A stretch of 48,787 bases of DNA from Nitrospinota bacterium (lineage in GTDB: Bacteria; UBA8248). Numbering within the stretch: the stretch's first letter is position 1; every line of letters begins with the position of its first letter. The stretch spans positions 1-48,787 of the forward strand of contig JASLZZ010000045.1 in assembly GCA_030754595.1 (NCBI GenBank), read 5' to 3'. A program made the position numbers and the translations under genes. Positions 16,191 to 25,762 of this stretch are shown here, piece after piece. The notes below the pieces were generated by a model. It saw only the letters and a program-made list of their open reading frames with translations, did not search any database and was not told the origin of the DNA.

Positions 16191-17090
16191 TCACTGACTT
16201 GCGAGGAAAACGTCTGCTATCGCACCCGCCGAAATTATCACTGACACCCAGGCATTGATATTGAAAAAGGAAATATCGACCCGGCTCAGGTCGTCCGGAC
16301 GGACCACCCAATGCTCCCACACCAGGAGCGTTGACGCGGTAACCAAACCCAGCCAATACAATGTCCCGAGGTCCGCCCCTCTTCCGACAAGGAATAAAAG
16401 CAACACGGTTCCGGCATGAGCAGCAGCAGATGCAACAAGAGCTCCACGAACGCCCAAAAGACGGGGGAATGAATAAAGACCTCTGGATTTATCGAAATCC
16501 ACGTCAAGACAAGAGTAAATCACATCAAAACCCGCCACCCAGAGCATGCCCCCCGCGAAAAGATGAATCGGCACCCACCCCAATTCACCGCGCACCGCTA
16601 CCCATGCACCCGCCGGGGCAGTGCCAAGAACAAACCCGAGGAAAAGATGGGAAAACGAGGTGAACCGCTTCGAATAGCTGTAAATGATAATTACTCCGAC
16701 AACAACAAACGACAAATAAAAAGCCAGCAGATTCAGCATCCACGAGGAAAGGACAAAAACCCCCGCGAAAGCGAACATCAACGCCCAGATTTTCATCGAG
16801 CCGAGTAGTCCCTGAAATTCAACCCGGTCCCGGGTTCGGGGGTTTTTTGGGTCGAAATGGCGGTCGGCGAAACGATTTAGGGACATCGCGAAATTTCGTG
16901 CTCCGGTCGCCGCGACGATCATCCAGAAAAGCGCATAAGCCGACGGCAATCCTTTTGCAGCGAGAACGCCTCCCATGAACACAAACGGTAATCCGAAAAT
17001 AGTGTGCTCGAATTTCACCATCCGCATAAATTGACGTAAACTCGCCCCAAGGCCGCTTTCCCGGCTCGCCGTCTCAGACGTCAAGGCCAT
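16191..17090 (-). CDS. mqnP: UbiA-family prenyltransferase of the futalosine menaquinone pathway (MqnP-like)
   Basis: KFEHTIF.LPF, NRFADR.FD..NPRT, YSYSKRF, GFDVIYS..D..FD, FF..N. Confidence 0.85.
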   Translation of the reverse strand: MALTSETASRESGLGASLRQFMRMVKFEHTIFGLPFVFMGGVLAAKGLPSAYALFWMIVAATGARNFAMSLNRFADRHFDPKNPRTRDRVEFQGLLGSMKIWALMFAFAGVFVLSSWMLNLLAFYLSFVVVGVIIIYSYSKRFTSFSHLFLGFVLGTAPAGAWVAVRGELGWVPIHLFAGGMLWVAGFDVIYSCLDVDFDKSRGLYSFPRLLGVRGALVASAAAHAGTVLLLFLVGRGADLGTLYWLGLVTASTLLVWEHWVVRPDDLSRVDISFFNINAWVSVIISAGAIADVFLASQ

Positions 17091-18537
17091 ATTCCTTCCA
17101 GCGCCGCGTCACCATTTCCCGAATATTGTCGCTCATCACAATTTCACCCGGCCATTCACGTTCATAGCCCTCATTCGACCATTTTTTCGTTCCGTCAATC
17201 CCTACCTTGGAGCCGATATGAGGACGCGCCGAGGCATGTTCCAGAGCGTCCACGGGGCCGTCCACAAAAACAAAATCCCGCTGGGGGTCAATGCTGCCTA
17301 ATACTTTCCAGGCGACCTCGCTGGTATCATGAACGTTCACATCCTCGTCGACAATCACAATGCATTTGGCGAGCGACATCTGGCCCATCCCCCACAACGC
17401 GAACATCACTTTCCGAGCATGATATGGATACGCCTTTCGAATCGAGACGATTACCATGTTGTGAAATACGCCTTCGGCGGGCATATGCACGTCTGCGATT
17501 TCAGGCAGTTGCATCTTCATCAACGGCAGAAAAATCCGCCCCGTCGCCCCACCCAGCCAATAATCCTCCATGGGCGGTTTTCCAACGACGGTCGTCGGAT
17601 AGATTGCCTCCCTCTGACGAGTAATCGCCGTCACATGAAAAACCGGATAATCGTCCGCAAGGGAATACCAACCTGTGTGATCGCCGAAAGGCCCCTCTTC
17701 GCGCAGTTCCCCCGGTTCAAGATAACCTTCAATCACGATATCCGAGTCCGCAGGAACCTCTACATCAACCGACTTGCACTTTGTTAAGTTGACGCTTCTT
17801 TTTCTGAGAAAACCCGCCAGCGTCAACTCGTCAATCCCCGGCGGCAGTGGGGCACTCGCCGCATAGGCATAAACAGGATCTCCGCCGAGGGCTACGGCCA
17901 TTTCCATTCGCTGCCCTCTTCCCGTGCTTTCCCGAAAATTTTGCGCACCGTCATGATGGAGGTGCATATGCATCCCCGCCGTCACCGAATCGAAAATTTG
18001 AACACGATACATCCCGACATTACGCCGACCTGTCCGGGGGTTTCGCGAGTACACATGCGGCAGTGTAATGTAGCGCCCACCGTCCTCGGGCCAACACTTA
18101 ATAGCAGGGAGAGCAAATAAATTGGGATTGTTCGTCTCGACGATTTCCTGGCAGAGGGCCGAGGTTACCGATTTGGGAGAAAACGAGGCAAGACGCGCCA
18201 ACTTGGGCAGCATTTTCACTTTTTCAACAATACCCTCGGGAGGCTTAATTTCGAGAAGTTCGGCAACCTCTCCCGCGACCGCCTCGAGGCTCTCAATGCC
18301 AAGGGCCATGGAAATCCGCCTATCAGACGCATAGGCGTTAATCAAAACCGGTATATCGTACCGCTCGCCTCCGGGGGCGACAGGATTTTCAAAAAGAAGG
18401 GCGGGCCCATCCGCCTTTACACAACGGTCGGCGATTTCGGTAATTTCCAGTTCAATGTTTACTGGAGCTGATATCCGACGCAGTTCCCCGGCACGATCCA
18501 AATCGGAAACAAATTGTAGGAGTGAGTTGTAGGCCAT
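17074..18537 (-). CDS. mqnL: UbiD-family menaquinone biosynthesis decarboxylase (MqnL-like)
   Basis: EITEIADR, GPALLFE, RNVGMYRVQ, EGPFGDHTG, GKPPMED, GSKVGIDGTKK; adjacent to mqnP-like and menG genes. Confidence 0.9.
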   Translation of the reverse strand: MAYNSLLQFVSDLDRAGELRRISAPVNIELEITEIADRCVKADGPALLFENPVAPGGERYDIPVLINAYASDRRISMALGIESLEAVAGEVAELLEIKPPEGIVEKVKMLPKLARLASFSPKSVTSALCQEIVETNNPNLFALPAIKCWPEDGGRYITLPHVYSRNPRTGRRNVGMYRVQIFDSVTAGMHMHLHHDGAQNFRESTGRGQRMEMAVALGGDPVYAYAASAPLPPGIDELTLAGFLRKRSVNLTKCKSVDVEVPADSDIVIEGYLEPGELREEGPFGDHTGWYSLADDYPVFHVTAITRQREAIYPTTVVGKPPMEDYWLGGATGRIFLPLMKMQLPEIADVHMPAEGVFHNMVIVSIRKAYPYHARKVMFALWGMGQMSLAKCIVIVDEDVNVHDTSEVAWKVLGSIDPQRDFVFVDGPVDALEHASARPHIGSKVGIDGTKKWSNEGYEREWPGEIVMSDNIREMVTRRWKEYGLDV

Positions 18538-18557
18538 TGCCCGCTCGAAATACGGCT

Positions 18558-18842
18558 CTATTCAATAACTTTCGGGACGCGGAAATGACCCGCGGAAAAG
18601 TCGGGAGCCATCTGCTCCATCCCTTCAATGGGAGAGGCGCTAACAACATCGTCCCTGAATACGTTTGTAATTTCGAGGACATGCGCCGTGGGAGGGACAT
18701 CCTCTGTATCGAGCTCATTCAGGATCGAGATGTATTCGAGAATACTTCCAAGCTGCGAAGTTAACTTCTCGATCTCGCCCTCATTGAGCTGCAGCCGGGC
18801 AAGCCGTGATACATGGAGCACATCAGCGCGTGAAATCGCCAT
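18558..18842 (-). CDS. gatC: Asp/Glu-tRNA amidotransferase subunit C
   Basis: V.HVSRLARL, IL.Y...LNELDT..VPPT, RDD, F.VPKVIE. Confidence 0.93.
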   Translation of the reverse strand: MAISRADVLHVSRLARLQLNEGEIEKLTSQLGSILEYISILNELDTEDVPPTAHVLEITNVFRDDVVSASPIEGMEQMAPDFSAGHFRVPKVIE

Positions 18843-18863
18843 CCTGTTTACCTCCCAAAGCGG

Positions 18864-21203
18864 TTATACCTTTGGGGTTTCTCCGCAGTCAACGCCATCT
18901 CGCACGGGTCCACTGCTCAATGGGGACAAGTGAGCATGCTTGAGAACAAGTTTCTTTGTTCCCACCTGCTTGAACTCAATGGTTACAATTGCCCGATCCC
19001 CGGTGCCGCTCCGTGATTTAATTCGGCCTTCGCCGAATTTTGAATGAACCACCTGGGCTCCAGGCGCAAATGGTCCCAATGCTATCGAGGGCACTTTCGA
19101 TTCACCTTGTTCTTTTTTAAGGGAACGAGCCAAGCCCCGGCCCTGCCCTCTTCTGCTCCCAAATCTGCGCTCGCCCGACGAATCCGGTGGCCGGGGCGCA
19201 TCGAGGGGAATCAGATCATCATCCAAGGAGGATAAAAATCGGCTGGGCCGGGCTTCCCAGCTTCCAGAGCCGCTATCGGGCCGACGCTCCATTGCCCATG
19301 AGAGCATTAAAATCTCTTTCGCCCGGGTCATTCCCACATAGAGAAGACGCCGCTCCTCCTCCATGGCCTCAGGATCGTCGATTGAGCGTCCATGGGGGAT
19401 GAGGCCATCCGAAACCCCTACTACTGCCACCGCACGAAACTCAAGCCCCTTGGCCGAATGGAGGGTCATCATCGAAAGACGATTCTCCTCATCCTCCATC
19501 CCGTCCGCCTCGCTAGAAAGAACAATTTCCTCGATAAACCGTGTCATCACCTCGGGCTCGTCACCATCGTGTCCTTCCTCCTCTTTAATCCGTTCTTCGA
19601 ACGCGATTGCAGTGGCGGCAAACTCGCCCATGCCCTCGATGCCACGGTCGGCCGCGAGCCGCCGCTCTAACGAGGTGCTGTTTCGAGAAGTCTCCTCCAA
19701 CCAGTGCCGGTAGCCAGTCCGTTCGATAATCTCAGCAAGCATGGCACTGGGCCCAAGGCGGGATATGGAAAGTTCCCGGATCAAACCGGTCAACTTTTCG
19801 AGAGCGCCTCCGGCCGAACCCGTCAAAAGTCCACCAGCCAACGCATTCCGGGCCATTTCCAACGAAATGAGGGAATCCTCTTCACCACCGGCAATCGCAT
19901 AGAGTTTCGCGGGACCCAAACCCCGCGAAGGCCGGTTGATAATTCGGGTAAAAGCGGCGGCATCATCCGGGTTCGCGACGACACGAAGGTAGGCCGAGAG
20001 GTCCTGCACTTCGGTGCGATCATAGAAACGCTGTCCCTTCACCACCTGATAGGGAATCTTCCTGTGGCGGGCCTCTTCTTCAAGGGCGCGCGACTGGGTG
20101 TTCGTCCGGTAAAAGACAGCCACCTCGCCCCAAGGATAAGCGTCCCCCGCTCCGGCTTTCGCCATTCGCTGAAAGATCATCTGCGCCTCCACCTGCGGGT
20201 CCGCCCCCGAAAAGTAGACCACTGGTTCGCCGGTGGGATTGTTCGTGAAAAGGCGCTTCTTCCGCCGGCCATTTGCCTGACGCATAACACCGGCGGCGGC
20301 GGATAGAATTCTCCCAGAGCACCGGTAGTTTTCCTCGAGCCGATATATCCGCGCTCCCTGAAACTCCGTCTCGAACCGGTGGATATTTTCCACCACGGCT
20401 CCGCGCCACCGGTAGATACTCTGATCGTCATCGCCCACTGCGAATACGCGATTGTTTATACCCGACATCAAACGAACCATTTGATTCTGAACCGCATTGG
20501 TGTCCTGATACTCATCCACGAGAATTTCAGTGAATTGTTCGTGGTAGCGGGCGAGAACATCCGGATGTCTCCGAAACAGCCTTAGCGGCAAGGCGAGCAA
20601 GTCGTCAAAATCGAGGCCTCCCGAAGCGCGGAGGATTTTCTCATACGGTTTTGCCAGGCGGCCTGCCACCGCCTCGACACTATGGGCAAAGGGCTCTCCA
20701 CCCGGCTCTTTCCCTCCCGGCGTTCGTGCCGTTTTCATGCGGCCGATTCGCTCAAGAATATCCCTCGGTGGATAGCGCTCAGGGTTGATTCCCTCTTTTT
20801 TCATCACCCTTTTGATAAGCGTGAGGCACTCGCCCCGGCTCATCACGGTAAAATCAGGGGGGGCATCCGCCAAATCCCTTTCAGCTCTGAGAATTCGAGC
20901 CCCGGTGGCGTGAAACGTCCCCACCCAAAGGCCTCTCAAGGCGGCGCCGAGGGCGCTCGATAGACGCGCTTTCATTTCACCGGCCGCCTTATTCGTAAAA
21001 GTAAGAGCAAGAACACCGGAGGCCGGAGTTCCCTGGGAGAGAAGATGGATAATTCGCCGGACGATAACACGGGTTTTTCCGGAACCGGCCCCTGCAAGGA
21101 CAAGGGCGGGCCCCGGCGAAGCGGTGACTGCTTCGAGTTGTTGGGGATTCAGGTCGTCGAGATATGCGGGAGGCGCTTCGGGAAAAGATTCGGGCTGATT
21201 CAT
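18864..21203 (-). CDS. pcrA: ATP-dependent DNA helicase PcrA/UvrD
   Basis: AGAGSGKT, TFTNKAA, DEYQDTN, VGDDDQSIY, TLHSAKGLEF, EERRLLYVGMTRA, C-terminal Tudor-like HSKFGEG domain. Confidence 0.93.
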   Translation of the reverse strand: MNQPESFPEAPPAYLDDLNPQQLEAVTASPGPALVLAGAGSGKTRVIVRRIIHLLSQGTPASGVLALTFTNKAAGEMKARLSSALGAALRGLWVGTFHATGARILRAERDLADAPPDFTVMSRGECLTLIKRVMKKEGINPERYPPRDILERIGRMKTARTPGGKEPGGEPFAHSVEAVAGRLAKPYEKILRASGGLDFDDLLALPLRLFRRHPDVLARYHEQFTEILVDEYQDTNAVQNQMVRLMSGINNRVFAVGDDDQSIYRWRGAVVENIHRFETEFQGARIYRLEENYRCSGRILSAAAGVMRQANGRRKKRLFTNNPTGEPVVYFSGADPQVEAQMIFQRMAKAGAGDAYPWGEVAVFYRTNTQSRALEEEARHRKIPYQVVKGQRFYDRTEVQDLSAYLRVVANPDDAAAFTRIINRPSRGLGPAKLYAIAGGEEDSLISLEMARNALAGGLLTGSAGGALEKLTGLIRELSISRLGPSAMLAEIIERTGYRHWLEETSRNSTSLERRLAADRGIEGMGEFAATAIAFEERIKEEEGHDGDEPEVMTRFIEEIVLSSEADGMEDEENRLSMMTLHSAKGLEFRAVAVVGVSDGLIPHGRSIDDPEAMEEERRLLYVGMTRAKEILMLSWAMERRPDSGSGSWEARPSRFLSSLDDDLIPLDAPRPPDSSGERRFGSRRGQGRGLARSLKKEQGESKVPSIALGPFAPGAQVVHSKFGEGRIKSRSGTGDRAIVTIEFKQVGTKKLVLKHAHLSPLSSGPVRDGVDCGETPKV

Positions 21204-21991
21204 GATTTTCGGGGGGACGCCGTCAGTTTTCCCCCTGCCGCCTTAATCATGGAGCGGGCCGGATAGGCCCCTTTGGGAACCGTCGTGTTGGGCACCACCC
21301 AGCAACCGGGCCCCAGCAGTGTGCCCGGAGAGGTAACCACGTTACAGCCCACCTCGCAGTGCTCTCCGATTACGGCGCCGAATTTACGAAGACCGGTATC
21401 AATCGGCTCGCCGTCGATCCGGATATTAATAGGGCGAAAATCTCGATCTCGTTTCTCTTTTTCACTACGAAATTGCAGGTTGGCGAGCTTCGTTCCCGCG
21501 CCAAGATTCGAATCCGAGCCGAGGAGGCTGTCGCCCACATAAGCGAAATGGCCGGCTTCCGCGTGATTTAAAAACAAGGAGTTCTTGACCTCGGTGGCAT
21601 GGCCCACAACGGCGTCCGGGCCGATCAAACAACTCCCCCTGAGATAGGCGCCATGCCGGAGCTCGGCTCCCTCACACAAAACCGTCGGCCCCTTTATCAC
21701 GACCCCCGGCTCGATGCGAACCCCCTTTTCGATCAGAACTCCCGCGCTCCCGTTCATGAAGGTCTTCGGGGCCACAAAAAGCCCTTCACTCGAAATCAAC
21801 CCCTCCTCCAGACGCAATCCCTTTAGATCGCCCTCTGCTCCTTCCGGCGCCTCCGCCTCCTCAAGCACCGACCGGACATATTCCTCCAGCGCGCCGACGG
21901 CATCCCATACATGGCCCAGCCCCGAGAAAAGCGCGGAATAATTAAATGAATCGAGGCGTGGAAAATAATCGTTTGGAGATATCATTTTCAT
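21200..21991 (-). CDS. hexapeptide-repeat (left-handed beta-helix) acetyltransferase, GlmU C-terminal-like, no nucleotidyltransferase domain
   Basis: IKGP, RHGAYLRG, GHATEVKNS, AGHFAYVGDS.LG..NLGAGTKLAN, TGLRKFGAVIG. Confidence 0.85.
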   Translation of the reverse strand: MKMISPNDYFPRLDSFNYSALFSGLGHVWDAVGALEEYVRSVLEEAEAPEGAEGDLKGLRLEEGLISSEGLFVAPKTFMNGSAGVLIEKGVRIEPGVVIKGPTVLCEGAELRHGAYLRGSCLIGPDAVVGHATEVKNSLFLNHAEAGHFAYVGDSLLGSDSNLGAGTKLANLQFRSEKEKRDRDFRPINIRIDGEPIDTGLRKFGAVIGEHCEVGCNVVTSPGTLLGPGCWVVPNTTVPKGAYPARSMIKAAGGKLTASPRKS

Positions 21992-23934
21992 TTCCCATTT
22001 TCCAAATACCAGCGGCCCAGCCCGGTCAAGGCCAGCCGGCCGCCCTCGGAGGACACCAACCCGCCCCGTATGGCTTCCTTGCGGATCCTGCCGGGGCTTA
22101 TCTCCGATCCAAGTTCGCTCTCGGGGATTTTTTCGAGCATATCCTCAAACGCCTCGGTGGAGACCGGCCCGCCCTCCAACCCTCGGAGAGCCGCCTCCTC
22201 CGCCAGGGTATTGGGGTCGCTCCTGTCCTTTATGTGAATCAATATTTCGCGAACCACCGCCTCGCCCGCCGACAGAAGCTGGGCTTTCCACTCCATCGGG
22301 CCGCGAAGAGTAACCCCCGTCTTACGCTCCGTTCCCGAATTGCGCACAAAAATAGAAGCGCGGGGACAACCTCCAGGCTCTTCCAGCGCAAGGTAAAGGA
22401 CCGAAGGGTCATCATCGAGAGGCACCCAACGCGAAACCACGCCAGCGAAAAATCCGCGCGCCGCCGCCTCGAGGGCGGTCCGTGCCGCCTCCCAGGCCTT
22501 CGTCCGAGGTGAAAACAATCTTCGATCCACATGAAAGCCGTATAGCGTTTTCTTGAAACCACGGGGAAAAGGCTCGGCCAACTCAGCGTAGACTTTTTGG
22601 GACTCCTTACCCTGCGAAAGCCTGTGAATCGAGGCACAGGTGTTCAAAAAACTCTTAAACCCGTCGCCCACCGCCAAAAGACGCGAGGCGCCATAGGCAT
22701 CGGAAAGTCTGCCGGGGACAATCGTATGGCCCGACTCCTCGCCTCCCAGGGCGAAAATGTCCGCCGGATCCGAGGCCGCATGAAGTATCCACTTGTCGCC
22801 CACCGGCAAGAACCGGACATCAAGGCCCAGCTCCGATAGCGCGGTGGCCGCGCCCACATCGCTCTCGATGGTCATAGCCGCCACGGCGCCCGCCGGAAGC
22901 TCCTCCTCGGCTTTTAAGAATCGAGCCTGAAGGACGATCGCCTCATCACCCCCCAAGACGTGGGCCGAGTCATCAAAAGGATCGTATACCAATGTATAGG
23001 CGCGATCTCCGTCGGCGTCGAACACTCCGCAAACCGCGAATCCCCGGCCCGCACGAAGGTCGGCGGCCCTTGCCCGGCCGGCCTCGAAAAGGCGGCGCAA
23101 CCCGGCGTGGCCCCGGATGACCTCCACCTCGCTGCCCCCGACCTCTGACCTGCCCTCAAGTGCGACGACACCGCCACCCTCATTAACGCGGCCATTCGCA
23201 TAATAACCCGCCTCGGCGGCGCAGCCCGGCACGAGTTCATCCAAAATTTCAAGAGCAAACCCGCTCCAAGCCCCACCGGCCGTATCCAGCGAGAGGTCCC
23301 ACCCCTCAATATCCGCTCCGCCCAGCCAGCAGTTCGGAAGCTGGCGGATATAATCCGAGTATACCGCCCTCGCCTCGGCGGCTGTGTCGGAACACTCCCC
23401 CGCCCCGGCGGCCGATGCAGTTTCCTCCCGGGCCGTCTCCCAAACCCGGGCGCTCAGGGCTTCATCGTCCGCCGGCAGGGGTTTCATCGCCCCCAGACCC
23501 AAAAAAATCTTTATCCCGTTTTGATCGGCGGGATTATGCGAAGCGGTTAAAACAACGGCGCCCGCCGCACCCACCGAGGCCATATACACCGCCGCCGCCG
23601 GCGTCGGCAAAACACCCGTCACCAGCGCGTGCGCCCCCGCGCGGACGACAGCGCGGACAATCGCCCCATAGAACCGCCCTTCAGTGTCACGTGGGTCCCA
23701 GGCCACCACGATTGCATTCGGTGAAATAATGCCCTCGGATGCGCTTTCGAGAAGCCACTTCGCCGCGGCGAAGGCGTAGAGTTCGGCGAACTCCTCGGTG
23801 AACACCCCGCGTTCGAGATAGGCTTTTCGTGGGTCCATCCCGCTGGCCAGCGGATGATCGGCGGCGGCCGCCAACCCGCGCACACCGTCGGTTCCCTGAA
23901 GACGGGGTTCTGACATAACGGGAATGGCCGCCAA
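21988..23934 (-). CDS. phosphohexomutase (GlmM/PGM-PMM-like), atypically long
   Basis: GTDGVRG, TASHNP..QNGIK (phospho-Ser), DADGDR (metal loop), PVGDK, GGEESGH, RNSGTE; start uncertain (TTG 23934 or ATG 23916). Confidence 0.85.
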   Translation of the reverse strand: MAAIPVMSEPRLQGTDGVRGLAAAADHPLASGMDPRKAYLERGVFTEEFAELYAFAAAKWLLESASEGIISPNAIVVAWDPRDTEGRFYGAIVRAVVRAGAHALVTGVLPTPAAAVYMASVGAAGAVVLTASHNPADQNGIKIFLGLGAMKPLPADDEALSARVWETAREETASAAGAGECSDTAAEARAVYSDYIRQLPNCWLGGADIEGWDLSLDTAGGAWSGFALEILDELVPGCAAEAGYYANGRVNEGGGVVALEGRSEVGGSEVEVIRGHAGLRRLFEAGRARAADLRAGRGFAVCGVFDADGDRAYTLVYDPFDDSAHVLGGDEAIVLQARFLKAEEELPAGAVAAMTIESDVGAATALSELGLDVRFLPVGDKWILHAASDPADIFALGGEESGHTIVPGRLSDAYGASRLLAVGDGFKSFLNTCASIHRLSQGKESQKVYAELAEPFPRGFKKTLYGFHVDRRLFSPRTKAWEAARTALEAAARGFFAGVVSRWVPLDDDPSVLYLALEEPGGCPRASIFVRNSGTERKTGVTLRGPMEWKAQLLSAGEAVVREILIHIKDRSDPNTLAEEAALRGLEGGPVSTEAFEDMLEKIPESELGSEISPGRIRKEAIRGGLVSSEGGRLALTGLGRWYLENGK

Positions 23935-23937
23935 CCT

Positions 23938-25761
23938 CTAAGCGACGGTGACCGATTTGGCCAGGGCGCGCGGGCGATCGACATCCCGCTTGAGTTGGAT
24001 AGCGAGGAAATAGGCGAGGAGCTGGCCCGCAACCAGGTGAATAAATGGCGCGAGAACCGAGGAGACTCGCGGAAGAACTATCTCCTCGCTGAAGAGACCC
24101 TCCACCCCTTCGTCGCCCTCGAAACGGAACCCGAGGACGAAGCCCCCCCGGGCACGGACCTCCTCGGCGCTGCTCCGCGTCAGAGTGTGGAGCTCCTCCT
24201 CCTCCGGAGTAGGCATGAGGACGATGGTGTGCATATTTTCGTCGATGAGGGAGATCGTTCCATGCTTGAGAAATCCGGCGCTCATCCCCTCGGCGTGGAG
24301 GTAGGTCACCTCCTTCATCTTGAGGGCGCACTCTAAGGCGACCGGGTAATACACTCCCCGCCCCAGGTAGAGCCAATTTTTCATGTTCTGATGTTGGCTC
24401 GCGGCGGTGTGCAAAAAACCCGATCTCTCGTTCAGCGTGTCCGAGAGCACAACCGATAGGGAAGACACCTCGTCCCGGTACCGCAGGACATCGGCCTCCC
24501 CGACTCGCCCCGCGATTTTTCCGAGTTCGAGAGCGGTCAGCAAGAGAACGGCGGCCTGGCTCATCGCGGCCTTGGTGCTGATGACGCATATTTCAGGGCC
24601 CGAACCCTGGAGAATGGGCACATCCACCGCCCGAACCAGACTCGACCCCATCACGTTGACGATGGCGCCCGTTCTTGCCCCTCCGGCCTTGGCGTGGCGG
24701 ACAGCAGTGAGGGTGTCGTATGTCTCCCCCGACTGGCTGATCGCTATCAGGCAATCCTCCGGCCCGGCTTCGGCCAGAAGCGGAAATTCGTCGGTGCTGA
24801 TGGCTGAGAGATAACTCCCAGCGAATTTCGAGAAGAAATACTGCCCCATCGCGGCGATATAATATGTCGTCCCCACTCCGCCCAGAAAACACTGGCGAGA
24901 TTCGTGGATCATCCGGGCGAGCGGCTCCAATCCCTCCCGGGGGATGTTCAGCGCCGCCTGAATCGTGGCGGGCTGGTCATATATCTCCTTGAGCATGTAG
25001 TGCGGGTAGCCGCCGCGGCGGGACATTTCCACATCCCACTCGATTTCGGTGACCGCCTTGTTCACAACATCCTGGCTGAGTAGCTCCTTAACGACGTATC
25101 CCTGCCGGGAGACGATGGCGTACTCGCCGTCATCCATGATGACGGCCTGGCGAGTGAACTCGATGAAGGCGTTGAAATCCGACCCGATGTAATTCGCATC
25201 GTCGCCCAGTCCGATGATGAGAGGGCTTTCTCTCTTGGCGCAGTAGATATAGCCCGAGGCCTTCGTCGAAAGGACGGCCAGGGAAAAAGTGCCCTCCATT
25301 TCCCCCAAGGCGGAAACGAAGGCAGCCTCCACATCCTCCCCGAATCGATCAAGATACTGGCCTATCAGGTGGGCGATAACCTCGGAATCGGTCTCGGAAA
25401 CGAAAACGACCCCCGACGCCCGGAGCCGGTCCCTGATCTGACGGTAGTTCGAGATGATCCCGTTATGGACGACCGCGACGCGGCCCTCGGTGTCCATGTG
25501 GGGGTGGGCGTTCTCCCGCGTCACCCCTCCGTGCGTCGCCCACCGGGTATGAGCGATTCCGGCGAGGCCTTTCATGTCGGTCAGCCTTTCGTTCTGATTG
25601 ACCTTTTCGACCGTGCCCACGTTTTTTCGCACATCGATGTGGCCGTTCGCCTGTACGGCCATCCCGCAGGAGTCGTACCCCCTGTACTCGAGGGCGGCGA
25701 TTGAACTGAAAAGCTTCCGCGCCACGTTCGAGGAAGCCACCATGCCGGCGATGCCGCACAT
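23938..25761 (-). CDS. glmS: glutamine--fructose-6-phosphate aminotransferase
   Basis: Starts MCGIAG (ATG 25761); LEYRGYDS, HTRWATHG, HNGII, SQSGET, LKMKE, PR.LAKSVTV. Confidence 0.96.
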   Translation of the reverse strand: MCGIAGMVASSNVARKLFSSIAALEYRGYDSCGMAVQANGHIDVRKNVGTVEKVNQNERLTDMKGLAGIAHTRWATHGGVTRENAHPHMDTEGRVAVVHNGIISNYRQIRDRLRASGVVFVSETDSEVIAHLIGQYLDRFGEDVEAAFVSALGEMEGTFSLAVLSTKASGYIYCAKRESPLIIGLGDDANYIGSDFNAFIEFTRQAVIMDDGEYAIVSRQGYVVKELLSQDVVNKAVTEIEWDVEMSRRGGYPHYMLKEIYDQPATIQAALNIPREGLEPLARMIHESRQCFLGGVGTTYYIAAMGQYFFSKFAGSYLSAISTDEFPLLAEAGPEDCLIAISQSGETYDTLTAVRHAKAGGARTGAIVNVMGSSLVRAVDVPILQGSGPEICVISTKAAMSQAAVLLLTALELGKIAGRVGEADVLRYRDEVSSLSVVLSDTLNERSGFLHTAASQHQNMKNWLYLGRGVYYPVALECALKMKEVTYLHAEGMSAGFLKHGTISLIDENMHTIVLMPTPEEEELHTLTRSSAEEVRARGGFVLGFRFEGDEGVEGLFSEEIVLPRVSSVLAPFIHLVAGQLLAYFLAIQLKRDVDRPRALAKSVTVA

Positions 25762-25762
25762 A

